Below, piece by piece: positions 1 through 10,451 of a DNA stretch of 37,799 nucleotides (position 1 is the first letter of the stretch; the number at the start of each line of letters is the position of its first letter). The stretch is from the sequence record DRR723986_6321; one strand, 5' to 3'. The position numbers and the translations under genes were made by a program. Below the pieces are notes generated by a model that was not told the origin of the DNA, did not search any database, and saw only the letters and a program-made list of their open reading frames with translations.

Positions 1-30
1 CATTTGCTCTACCAACTGAGCTAAGGCGGA
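1..30 (-). tRNA. tRNA, 5' part only (cut by window edge), most likely tRNA-Asn(GTT)
   Basis: Reverse complement reads TCCGCCT-TA-GCTC-AGTTGGTA-GAGC-A-AATG: acceptor 5' strand, D-arm and start of the anticodon stem. The TCC start and AATG(A) stem resemble gammaproteobacterial tRNA-Asn. The anticodon lies outside the window. Confidence 0.8.
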
Positions 31-50
31 ATAGCTGTCTCAACAGCTGA

Positions 51-87
51 GGCCGCGCATATTAAAGGCCATTCTTTAGGGCGTCAA
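51..87 (-). promoter_or_regulatory. sigma70 promoter with GC-rich discriminator for the tRNA
   Basis: Minus strand TTGACG (87-82), 17 nt, TAATAT (64-59), then GCGCGGCC, typical of stable-RNA promoters. Confidence 0.7.
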
Positions 88-229
88 GCTTTTGGCCAAG
101 AAAATTTTAAAAAGCATTTTTTCTAGCGTTTTCCTCTGCTTAGCCATCGCTTGAACGCGCTTCTGCGTACTCTCTCCACAATGGTGTAAACTGGCCGCTT
201 TGCCAGCAATTCCAGTGTTGAGGAGAGTT

Positions 230-2257
230 ATGGCTAAGCCCTTTCAAGTTGTTTCCAAGTTTGCTCCGGCCGGAGATCAGCCTTCTGCAATTAAGGGCTT
301 GGTGGAAGGGGTGAACGCGGGTCTGCATGCGCAGACGCTGCTGGGGGTAACCGGTTCGGGTAAAACCTTCACCATTGCCAATGTGGTGGAACAACTGCAG
401 CGGCCGACTATCGTAATGGCGCCCAATAAAACCCTTGCGGCTCAGCTTTACGGCGAGTTTAAAGAGTTTTTCCCGAATAATGCGGTGGAGTATTTCGTCT
501 CCTACTACGATTACTACCAGCCCGAAGCCTATGTGCCGGCGTCAGACACGTTCATAGAGAAAGACGCGTCGGTAAACGATCATATTGAGCAAATGCGTTT
601 GTCGGCGACTAAGGCGCTGATGGAGCGTTCCGATGCCATTATTGTGTCGTCGGTATCATCGATCTACGGCCTGGGGGACCCCGAGCTGTATTTTAAAATG
701 GTGCTTCACCTGGTGCGTGGTGAACGTATCGACCAGCGCAAGTTGCTGCGTCGCCTTGCCGAGTTGCAATACACCCGCAACGATATGGCTTTCCAGCGCG
801 GCACCTACCGCGTTCGGGGCGATGTGATTGATATTTTTCCTGCCGAGAGTGAAAAGGATGCGGTGCGGGTCGAATTGTTTGACGACGAGATCGACAGCAT
901 CAGCGGTTTTGATCCGCTGACGGGCGAGTCGTACGGCAAGATGCCGCGGGTCACTATTTACCCGAAAAGCCACTATGTAACGCCGCGAGAAACGCTGCTG
1001 TCTGCAGTGGATAAAATCGAGCTAGAGCTTAAGGACCGTTTGGAACAACTGCGCAGCAATGAGCTGCTCGTCGAGGCGCAGCGCTTGGAGCAGCGCACCC
1101 GCTACGATCTGGAGATGATTCGCGAGCTGGGCTATTGCAACGGCATCGAAAACTACTCTCGGTATTTGTCTGGCAGAGAGCCCGGGGCGGCGCCGCCAAC
1201 CTTGTTTGATTATTTGCCTGAAAATGCCTTGGTCGTCATCGATGAGTCTCACGTGACCATTCCACAAATTGGCGCGATGTATAAAGGTGACCGCTCCCGT
1301 AAGGAAACGCTGGTGCAGTATGGTTTCCGGCTGCCGTCGGCGCTGGATAACCGACCGATGCGCTTTGAGGAGTGGGAGCGCCTTGTGCCGCAGTTAATTC
1401 TGGTGTCAGCAACACCAGGGCCTTATGAAGAAGAGCACGCGGCGCGTGTCGTTGAGCAAGTCGTGCGCCCCACAGGGCTGGTGGATCCCGCCGTTGAGGT
1501 CCGTCCGGCCAGTACCCAGGTTGATGATCTGCTGTCAGAAATCAACATGAGGGTGGAAAAGAAAGAGCGGGTGTTGGTCACTACCTTGACCAAGCGCATG
1601 GCTGAGGATTTATCTGAATACCTCGACGAGCATGATATTCGCTGCCGGTATTTGCACTCCGATATCGACACGGTCGAGCGCGTAGAGATCATCCGGGATT
1701 TGCGCCTCGGTAAATTTGATGTGCTTGTCGGTATCAACTTGCTGCGAGAAGGCTTGGACATGCCGGAAGTGTCGCTGGTGGCGATACTCGATGCAGACAA
1801 AGAGGGCTTTCTGCGCTCTGAGCGCTCTTTAATACAGACAATTGGCCGCGCGGCGCGAAACTTGAACGGAAAGGCAATTTTGTACGGCGATAATATTACC
1901 GGATCCATGCGCCGCGCTATTGACGAGACCGAGCGCCGTCGCGAGAAGCAGCTTGCCCACAACGAGGCGCACGGCATTGTGCCCAAGGGCGTGCACAAGT
2001 CCGTTGAGGATATTTTGGAAGCAGCGGCGGCGCCGGGGTCAAAAGCCAATCGTCGTGGACGTGACCAGCGCAAAGCAGCTGAGCCCGCCGGTGATTATCT
2101 GCTCGATGCAGAGAGCCTGGCGCCGAATGAACTAGCGAAAATGCTTAAAACGATGGAACAGCAGATGCAGGAACACGCTAAAAACCTCGAGTTTGAAGCG
2201 GCGGCCAAACTGCGCGACAAGCTTCACGAGATTAAGGAGCGCATGTTTATTAGCTAA
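230..2257 (+). CDS. uvrB: Excinuclease ABC subunit B
   Basis: Walker A GVTGSGKT, beta-hairpin [14 protein letters not shown] motif, C-terminal UVR domain ([11 protein letters not shown]). Start placed at ATG 230 after AGGAG rather than at TTG 200. Confidence 0.98.
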   Translation: MAKPFQVVSKFAPAGDQPSAIKGLVEGVNAGLHAQTLLGVTGSGKTFTIANVVEQLQRPTIVMAPNKTLAAQLYGEFKEFFPNNAVEYFVSYYDYYQPEAYVPASDTFIEKDASVNDHIEQMRLSATKALMERSDAIIVSSVSSIYGLGDPELYFKMVLHLVRGERIDQRKLLRRLAELQYTRNDMAFQRGTYRVRGDVIDIFPAESEKDAVRVELFDDEIDSISGFDPLTGESYGKMPRVTIYPKSHYVTPRETLLSAVDKIELELKDRLEQLRSNELLVEAQRLEQRTRYDLEMIRELGYCNGIENYSRYLSGREPGAAPPTLFDYLPENALVVIDESHVTIPQIGAMYKGDRSRKETLVQYGFRLPSALDNRPMRFEEWERLVPQLILVSATPGPYEEEHAARVVEQVVRPTGLVDPAVEVRPASTQVDDLLSEINMRVEKKERVLVTTLTKRMAEDLSEYLDEHDIRCRYLHSDIDTVERVEIIRDLRLGKFDVLVGINLLREGLDMPEVSLVAILDADKEGFLRSERSLIQTIGRAARNLNGKAILYGDNITGSMRRAIDETERRREKQLAHNEAHGIVPKGVHKSVEDILEAAAAPGSKANRRGRDQRKAAEPAGDYLLDAESLAPNELAKMLKTMEQQMQEHAKNLEFEAAAKLRDKLHEIKERMFIS

Positions 2258-2270
2258 TTGGCGACCGGGC

Positions 2271-2306
2271 TTGTCTTCCCCGAATTGCCTGCTTATAATG
2301 CGCGGC
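2271..2306 (+). promoter_or_regulatory. sigma70 promoter of tRNA-Val
   Basis: TTGTCT (2271-2276), 17 nt, TATAAT (2294-2299), then GCGCGGC discriminator. Confidence 0.8.
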
Positions 2307-2316
2307 TCTCAACAAT

Positions 2317-2393
2317 ACGACCGTAGCTCAGTTGGTTAGAGCACCACCTTGACATGGTGGGGGTCGGTGGTTCGAATCCACTCGGTCGTACCA
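2317..2393 (+). tRNA. tRNA-Val(GAC)
   Basis: Full cloverleaf: ACGACCG/CGGTCGT acceptor stem, CCACC-TTGACAT-GGTGG anticodon arm, TTCGAAT T-loop, encoded CCA. Confidence 0.97.
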
Positions 2394-2398
2394 AATTT

Positions 2399-2425
2399 AA
2401 AGGCTCGCCTATGGCGGGCCTTTTT
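2399..2425 (+). terminator. Rho-independent terminator after tRNA-Val
   Basis: AGGCTCGCC-TAT-GGCGGGCCT hairpin followed by TTTT. Confidence 0.85.
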
Positions 2426-2474
2426 CATTTCTGGCTTTTCTTCGGGACTAACTGGGCGCTCAGTTTGAGTGTTC

Positions 2475-2511
2475 ATTGTCAAAATCTATCATTTTAATAT
2501 TAATAATCGAT
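2475..2511 (+). promoter_or_regulatory. Putative OxyR binding site upstream of katG
   Basis: ATTG-N7-CTAT-N7-ATAT-N7-CGAT versus consensus ATAG-N7-CTAT-N7-ATAG-N7-CTAT (13/16 matches, exact spacing), in an AT-rich patch upstream of a catalase-peroxidase. Confidence 0.75.
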
Positions 2512-2682
2512 TTCATCTTTTTCCTGTCTGCAGGCTTACTAGTCGTGCCTGGACCGAAAAGCGCGTTGTCGCGTTTTGCGGAATAGGGAAAGAATGCTGC
2601 TGAACGCTGAATGACGACCTTGGTCAGAAAGCTGTGCTAGGTTCAAGGGCAGGTGGTGTTGCTAAAAAAATGAATACGCTGA

Positions 2683-4887
<2,205 letters not shown>

Positions 4888-4914
4888 CTGCTGCTAGACC
4901 CATGCTTTGGCTTG

Positions 4915-4940
4915 AAGACGCGCCCTGGCGCGTCTTTTTT
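4915..4940 (+). terminator. Rho-independent terminator after katG
   Basis: AAGACGCGCC-CT-GGCGCGTCTT inverted repeat followed by TTTT. Confidence 0.85.
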
Positions 4941-4969
4941 GTTGCTCACAGTACTGCGGCTTGTGCGGC

Positions 4970-5551
4970 CTAGCTATTGCTGCGTCCGGCATCGCTTGGC
5001 CGGTTCATATTCTTAAAGCGCTCAGCCTGATCGGAGAAATCCACTCTTTCAGCATGGCATTGTTCGAACCAGCCTTTAACGCTGCGCCGGCCCCGCTGTA
5101 AGTAGCCGTGCAGGCTTGCGCGGAGGTTCACAGGAATAAGTGCGTACAACACCTGGTCCTGCTCTCCGTCAAAGGCAAAACGAATTGCGTTGCTACTTTG
5201 CTCGCTCAGTCGCTGATACAGGTCGGTGGGCGGGCGGGGGTTGTCGCAGGGCACCACCAAAACCTGCGCGTGGGATGCGCCCTCAAGCCCCGCCAGGATC
5301 CCTGCCAAGGGGCCGGGGAAGTCGGGAAGTGTGTCGGGCAGGGGGCGTCCATAATCCCGGTAGCGGTCGCCATTGCGGTTGCAGCTTACCAACACTTCAT
5401 GGGCATTCTCGGCAAGCGTATCGACAACGTGGGCGATGAGCGGTCGGCCTTGCCAGTCCAGCAGGCCCTTGTCTTTGCCCTGCATTCGGCGCCCCTGTCC
5501 GCCAGCCAGAATTAACAGGCTATAGGGTTGGGCGGCATTGGTTTCTGGCAT
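4970..5551 (-). CDS. mobA: Molybdenum cofactor guanylyltransferase
   Basis: ILAGGQGRRMQGKDKGL, GPLAGI, VPCDNP and NMNRP motifs. Start uncertain (ATG 5551 or 5575). Confidence 0.9.
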   Translation of the reverse strand: MPETNAAQPYSLLILAGGQGRRMQGKDKGLLDWQGRPLIAHVVDTLAENAHEVLVSCNRNGDRYRDYGRPLPDTLPDFPGPLAGILAGLEGASHAQVLVVPCDNPRPPTDLYQRLSEQSSNAIRFAFDGEQDQVLYALIPVNLRASLHGYLQRGRRSVKGWFEQCHAERVDFSDQAERFKNMNRPSDAGRSNS

Positions 5552-5614
5552 TGAGGAAAACCCTGTTTTATCCATGAGTTCGGCGTGTTCGCTGCCTATG
5601 TTAGGGCTGTGCTG

Positions 5615-5623
5615 TGCTATCAT
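5615..5623 (+). promoter_or_regulatory. Extended -10 promoter candidate for tsaB
   Basis: TG-c-TATCAT about 35 nt upstream of the tsaB ATG. Confidence 0.45.
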
Positions 5624-5658
5624 GCCAGCGTTTTTTAGCGCTGTCGGATACTCTCCCT

Positions 5659-6333
5659 ATGACAACCCTGCTTGCCATCGATGCCTCAACATCGGCGTGT
5701 TCCGTTGCGCTGATGCATGAAGGGCAGGTGTACGAAGATTTTCGTATGCTGCCTCGCGCCCACACGCGATTTTTACTGCCCATGGTGGATGAGATGTTAG
5801 CTGCGCATTCACTGCCGCTCGCGCAGATGGATGCACTGGTTTTCACGGCGGGCCCGGGTTCTTTTACGGGCTTGCGGGTGGCCATTGCCACGGTGCAGGG
5901 CTTGGCCTTTGCGGCGGAATTGCCAGTAGTGCCTGTTTCAACCTTGGCAGCGATGGCGCAGTTCTACGCTGAGCGAGAGGGCGTGGCCGAAGGCGCATTG
6001 ATATTACCGGCGCTGGATGCGCGCATGGACGAGGTGTATTTCGGTCGCTATCAGTACCGCGATGGCGTGGTTGCACCGCTAAACGCTGATCAGTTGCTGC
6101 CACCTGAGCAAGTCGACAATACGGCTGCGGGCGCAGCGGGTATCGGCGATGGCTGGACCTATGCAGAGCGCTTTGGCGATGCCCCGCCAGCCACTGTTGA
6201 CCAAACGATCCTACCGAGTGCCGCCGCCGCGCTGCAGCTGGCAAAGCCAGATGTGTTGGCAGGGAAGGTGCTAGCTGCAGAGCAGGCTCAGCCGGTTTAT
6301 TTACGCGAAAGTGTGGCATGGAAGAAGCAATAA
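5659..6333 (+). CDS. tsaB: tRNA t6A37 threonylcarbamoyladenosine biosynthesis protein TsaB
   Basis: LAIDAST, GPGSFTGLRV, LDARMDEVY and P-x-YLR motifs. Start at ATG 5659. Confidence 0.95.
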   Translation: MTTLLAIDASTSACSVALMHEGQVYEDFRMLPRAHTRFLLPMVDEMLAAHSLPLAQMDALVFTAGPGSFTGLRVAIATVQGLAFAAELPVVPVSTLAAMAQFYAEREGVAEGALILPALDARMDEVYFGRYQYRDGVVAPLNADQLLPPEQVDNTAAGAAGIGDGWTYAERFGDAPPATVDQTILPSAAAALQLAKPDVLAGKVLAAEQAQPVYLRESVAWKKQ

Positions 6334-6454
6334 TCAGTACGTTATAAGCAATAGAAAATCAGTCACAGTGTGGGCCGGCCCGAGGCCCTGCTCACACTAC
6401 AATTGCACTGGCATAAACAGCCTCAAGCAAATTCGATAGATAGGAAAGCGTGTA

Positions 6455-7255
6455 ATGGATGCACTGCAAGCGGTGATATTAGCGGCAATTCAAGGCTTAA
6501 CGGAGTTTTTGCCGATCTCCAGTTCCGGGCATTTAGTCCTGCCGCAAACCTTGCTGGGCTGGGAAGATCAGGGCCTGGCTTTTGATGTTGCCGTGCATGT
6601 GGGGTCGCTGTTGGCGGTGCTGGCGTATTTTCGTAAAGACGTTAGCACACTGCTTACCGCCTGGACGCAGAGCGTGGTGGCACGGCAACACAGCGCCGAC
6701 AGTCGGCTTGCATGGATGGTGATTGTGGCAACACTGCCCGCCGTGGTTGCCGGGCTGATCTTTAACGATATTATCGAGCAACACCTGCGCGGTGGGGTGG
6801 TGCTGGCAACAACGACGTTAGTGTTTGGCGTGATTCTCGGCTTGGTTGATCGCTACTCCAGCCACAGCCGCAGTATTGCTGACATCGGCCTGCGCATTGC
6901 GTTGTTAGTTGGCTTCGCACAAGCGCTGGCGTTGGTGCCGGGTACGTCGCGATCGGGGATCACCATGACCGCGGCACTGTTATTAGGCTTGGGGCGCAGC
7001 GATGCCGCGCGCTTCTCCTTCCTGTTGTCCATGCCCATTATTGCGGCGGCGGGTAGTTATAAATTACTGGAATTACTGCAGCATGGCAGTGATGTCGCCT
7101 GGCAGCTGCTGGCAATCGGTCTGGCCGTTTCGGCGGTAACAGCCTACGCCTGTATCAGCGTATTTATGAAGTGGGTGGAGCGAGTCGGCATGATGCCCTT
7201 TGCCATATACCGAGTGGTACTGGCGATCATTATCTACGCTGTCGTGCTAGCCTGA
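6455..7255 (+). CDS. uppP: Undecaprenyl-diphosphate phosphatase (BacA/UppP)
   Basis: QGLTEFLPISSSGHL and PGTSRSGIT motifs, multi-pass hydrophobic profile. Confidence 0.96.
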   Translation: MDALQAVILAAIQGLTEFLPISSSGHLVLPQTLLGWEDQGLAFDVAVHVGSLLAVLAYFRKDVSTLLTAWTQSVVARQHSADSRLAWMVIVATLPAVVAGLIFNDIIEQHLRGGVVLATTTLVFGVILGLVDRYSSHSRSIADIGLRIALLVGFAQALALVPGTSRSGITMTAALLLGLGRSDAARFSFLLSMPIIAAAGSYKLLELLQHGSDVAWQLLAIGLAVSAVTAYACISVFMKWVERVGMMPFAIYRVVLAIIIYAVVLA

Positions 7256-7298
7256 CCGAGCAGCATAGCAACGCGGTGAAACAAAACGGGTGACGGTG

Positions 7299-8198
7299 AT
7301 GAAGGCAGCATTTTTAGGTTTAGGTGTGATGGGCTTTCCGATGGCTGGGCATGCCGCGAAGGCCGGGGTAGATCTGCGCGTATACAACCGCAGTGTGGAA
7401 AAAGCCCAACGCTGGCAAGCGACTTATTCCGACTGCGTTGCCGCGAGCGTCGCGGACGCGGTGGCAGATCGCGACGTTGTCGCAGTCTGTCTGGGGGCCG
7501 ACGCTGATGTGCGCGAGGTGCTGTGTGGCGAACAAGGCGTGTTTGCCCATATGCCGCATGGCGGTGTTGTGGTCGACCATTCCACCACCTCTGCCGAGCT
7601 GGCAAGAGAGATGGCGCAGGCCGCCACACGAGCCGGCCTGCAGTTTGTTGATGCACCAGTATCGGGTGGCCAAGCGGGAGCGGAGTCCGGCAAGCTCACA
7701 ATAATGGCGGGCGGAGAGCCGGCAGCTTTCGCCAAGGCTGAGCCGTTATTACAGTGCTATGCGGCGCGGTACCGTCTCCTTGGCGCGGTTGGCAGTGGTC
7801 AGTTGGCGAAAATGGTCAACCAGATCTGCATTGCCGGCCTGCTGCAGGGTTTGGCGGAAGGAATGAACTTTGGTCAGCGCGCAGGCTTGGATATGTCGGC
7901 GGTTGTGGATGTGATCAGCGCGGGTGCCGCCCAGTCCTGGCAGATGGATAATCGAGCGGAAACCATGCTGACCGGGGAATTTGACTTTGGCTTTGCCGTG
8001 GACTGGATGCGCAAGGACCTGTCGTATGTACTCGACGAGGCGCGTCGGCAGGGCAGCAGTCTGCCTGTGACGGCCTTGGTCGACCAATTTTACGCACAGG
8101 TGCAAAGCCTGGGCGGCGGTAGGAAAGATACATCAAGTTTGCTGTTAGCACTGCAGGCTTCGCAGCAACACGCACGTTCTTCCAGCGACAAGGGTTAG
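7299..8198 (+). CDS. NAD(P)-dependent beta-hydroxyacid dehydrogenase (3-hydroxyisobutyrate dehydrogenase/GarR family)
   Basis: FLGLGVMGFPMA Rossmann motif, DAPVSGG, K-x-x-N-Q catalytic motif, F-x-x-x-W-M-x-K-D-L. Confidence 0.9.
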   Translation: MKAAFLGLGVMGFPMAGHAAKAGVDLRVYNRSVEKAQRWQATYSDCVAASVADAVADRDVVAVCLGADADVREVLCGEQGVFAHMPHGGVVVDHSTTSAELAREMAQAATRAGLQFVDAPVSGGQAGAESGKLTIMAGGEPAAFAKAEPLLQCYAARYRLLGAVGSGQLAKMVNQICIAGLLQGLAEGMNFGQRAGLDMSAVVDVISAGAAQSWQMDNRAETMLTGEFDFGFAVDWMRKDLSYVLDEARRQGSSLPVTALVDQFYAQVQSLGGGRKDTSSLLLALQASQQHARSSSDKG

Positions 8199-8216
8199 CG
8201 AGTGATCGGATTGAAT

Positions 8217-9497
8217 ATGGATAAGCAAACGTTTAACCAGCAGTTGATGGCATTTTTAGATGCCAGCCCGACGCCTTTTCACGCGGCGAGCAATATGGCT
8301 GCAGCGCTGGACGCCGCGGGGTTTATCGCGTTGGATGAGCGTGATGATTGGTCGCTTGAAGCGGGCAAGGGCTACTATACCCTGCGCAACGGCGCTTCAA
8401 TTGTAGCCTTTCGAGTGGGTCAGGGTGATGTTGCCCAGCAGGGCTGGAAGATGGTCGGTGCCCACACTGACAGCCCCTGCTTGAAGGTGAAGCCCAACCC
8501 GGTACTGCACAAGAAGGGGTATTTTCAGCTCGGTGTGGATGTGTACGGCGGCGCGCTGCTCAACCCCTGGTTTGATCGCGACCTAGGCCTGGCAGGCCGC
8601 ATTAGCTACCGCAGCCAGGATGGCGAGTTACGTAATCGCCTGATTAATACCGAGCGAGCGATTGGCTGTATTCCCAGCTTGGCGATTCATTTGGACCGAG
8701 AGGCCAACAGTAACCGTAGTATCAATGCCCAGACTGATCTGCCGGTATTGATCAGTCAGCCTGAGAAAGCCCCCGACTTCAACGCCCTGCTCAAACAGTT
8801 GCTGATTGAGCAGGGCGGTAGTGATGTCGACACGGTTTTAGACTACGAACTGAGCTTTTATGACGTACAGGGTGCTGCCCTCGTCGGGCTTGAGCAAGAG
8901 TTTATTGCCAGTGCGCGTCTGGACAATCTGCTGTCTTGTTTTATCGGCTTGCAAGCCTTGCTGGCGGCGCCGTCGGATCAACACAGTGTGCTTGTCAGCA
9001 ACGACCATGAAGAAGTTGGCAGTATGTCGAGCAGTGGTGCTCAGGGGCCCATGTTGGAGTCGGTATTGCGCCGTATTGCCGGAGATGAAAGTCGCTGGCA
9101 GCGGGCCATTGCTCATTCTTTAATGATCTCTGCAGACAATGCGCACGGTGTTCACCCCAATTTCAGCGACCGCCACGACGCGAATCATGGGCCGCTGTTG
9201 AACCGCGGCGCCGTTATTAAAATTAACGTCAATCAGCGCTATGCCACTAACAGTGAAACCAGCGCGGCCTTTCGACATCTTTGCCAGCAGTGTCAGCAGC
9301 CGGTGCAGAGTTTTGTGGTGCGTAGCGACATGGCTTGTGGAAGCACGATCGGGCCGATTACATCGTCTGCACTGGGTGTGGCAACGTTGGATATCGGTGT
9401 GCCGACCTTTGCTATGCACTCAATACGTGAGCTTGCCGGCGCCGATGATGCGGTTGGATTAAGTCAGGTACTGGCAGCATTCTACGCGCGGCAATAG
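8217..9497 (+). CDS. M18 family aminopeptidase (aspartyl aminopeptidase-like)
   Basis: SPTPFHA, GAHTDSP, RLDNL, DHEEVGS, SADNAH, CGSTIGP and MHSIRE metal-binding motifs. Confidence 0.93.
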   Translation: MDKQTFNQQLMAFLDASPTPFHAASNMAAALDAAGFIALDERDDWSLEAGKGYYTLRNGASIVAFRVGQGDVAQQGWKMVGAHTDSPCLKVKPNPVLHKKGYFQLGVDVYGGALLNPWFDRDLGLAGRISYRSQDGELRNRLINTERAIGCIPSLAIHLDREANSNRSINAQTDLPVLISQPEKAPDFNALLKQLLIEQGGSDVDTVLDYELSFYDVQGAALVGLEQEFIASARLDNLLSCFIGLQALLAAPSDQHSVLVSNDHEEVGSMSSSGAQGPMLESVLRRIAGDESRWQRAIAHSLMISADNAHGVHPNFSDRHDANHGPLLNRGAVIKINVNQRYATNSETSAAFRHLCQQCQQPVQSFVVRSDMACGSTIGPITSSALGVATLDIGVPTFAMHSIRELAGADDAVGLSQVLAAFYARQ

Positions 9498-9506
9498 TGC
9501 CGCGCG
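9485..9506. terminator. GC-rich hairpin between convergent genes
   Basis: CGCGCGGCA-ATAG-TGCCGCGCG with the aminopeptidase stop codon in the loop. No U-tract, so terminator function is uncertain. Confidence 0.4.
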
Positions 9507-9531
9507 CATAACGCCCTATGGCGCAAATGTG

Positions 9532-10323
9532 TTACTCGCCCTTGAAGCTTGGCTTGCGGCGCTCTACAAACGCGGCCAAGCCCTCTTGACCATCCGCGCT
9601 GCCCACGCAGTGTGAAATTCCGCGGCTCTCCTGTTCGAGCTGGCATTCCAGTCCGTTTTCGTAGCTGCTCAGCAGCAGTGCGCGTGCGCGCGCATAGGCT
9701 TCGGTAGGGCCCGCTGCGAGTTGCGCGGCAATCTTGTCAGTTTCCGTAGCGAGGTCCTCGTCGGCAACCACCTTGGTGAGCAATCCCCAGTCCAGCGCCT
9801 CGGCAGCACTGAGAACGCGGTTGGTGTAAATCAATTCCTGCGCGCGGCGCAGGCCGACCAAGCGCGGCAGCCAGGTGGTCGAGCCGCCATCCGGGCTGAC
9901 CGCAATGCCGGTGTAGGCCATAGTGAACTTCGCCTTTTCGGAAGCCAGCACAATATCGCCAGACATCGCCAGGCTAAAACCGGCGCCAGCGGCAGTGCCA
10001 TTTACCGCGACAATCAGCGGCGCGCGCATACGGGCAAAACGCGAGTTGGCGGCGTGCAGGTTGGCGGTAATTTCTTTAATCAGTTGCGGTGCCTCATCGC
10101 CCGCTTGATGAAAGCTTTGTACATCGCCGCCGGCACAAAACATTTTGCCGTCAGCAGTGAGCACGACCGCGCGCACATCGGAATTGCTGTCACATAAAAT
10201 GGCCGCTTGCGCCAGCTCCTGAGCCATTTGTAGATTTAGACTGTGTGCCGCGTCGGGGCGGTTTAGCGAAATGCGAGCGATACCGTTTTCAAGTTCGAAG
10301 CGCAGGGTGTCAAATTGGCTCAT
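9532..10323 (-). CDS. Enoyl-CoA hydratase/isomerase (crotonase) family protein
   Basis: LNRPD, FCAGGD, AVNGTAAGAG, PDGG, and C-terminal EGLAAFVERRKPSF. Confidence 0.93.
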   Translation of the reverse strand: MSQFDTLRFELENGIARISLNRPDAAHSLNLQMAQELAQAAILCDSNSDVRAVVLTADGKMFCAGGDVQSFHQAGDEAPQLIKEITANLHAANSRFARMRAPLIVAVNGTAAGAGFSLAMSGDIVLASEKAKFTMAYTGIAVSPDGGSTTWLPRLVGLRRAQELIYTNRVLSAAEALDWGLLTKVVADEDLATETDKIAAQLAAGPTEAYARARALLLSSYENGLECQLEQESRGISHCVGSADGQEGLAAFVERRKPSFKGE

Positions 10324-10382
10324 GTCAGTGCTTGCCTATTGTTGTGAATGAACGTGGCGCGGGGCCAGATAGTGGGGAAAGA

Positions 10383-10411
10383 AGGGTAGTGCAGCACTGT
10401 AGTCGGGTCAA
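10383..10411 (-). promoter_or_regulatory. sigma70 promoter candidate for the crotonase gene
   Basis: Minus strand TTGACC (10411-10406), 17 nt, TACCCT (10388-10383). A plus-strand TATACT at 10416-10421 may serve the divergent glycosyltransferase. Confidence 0.5.
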
Positions 10412-10451
10412 CGAGTATACTTTCGACGATTCTGTAACGTGAGGGGAAACT

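Noticed and set aside
33-48. AGCTGT-CTCA-ACAGCT palindrome
   Set aside because: The CTGT/ACAG spacing is 4, not 8. It is better explained as a hairpin in the tRNA precursor leader.
191-206. CTG-N10-CAG upstream of uvrB as a LexA (SOS) box
   Set aside because: The spacing fits, but the half-sites are CTGG/CCAG with a GC-rich core (CCGCTTTG), far from CTGTATATATATACAG. Too weak to call.
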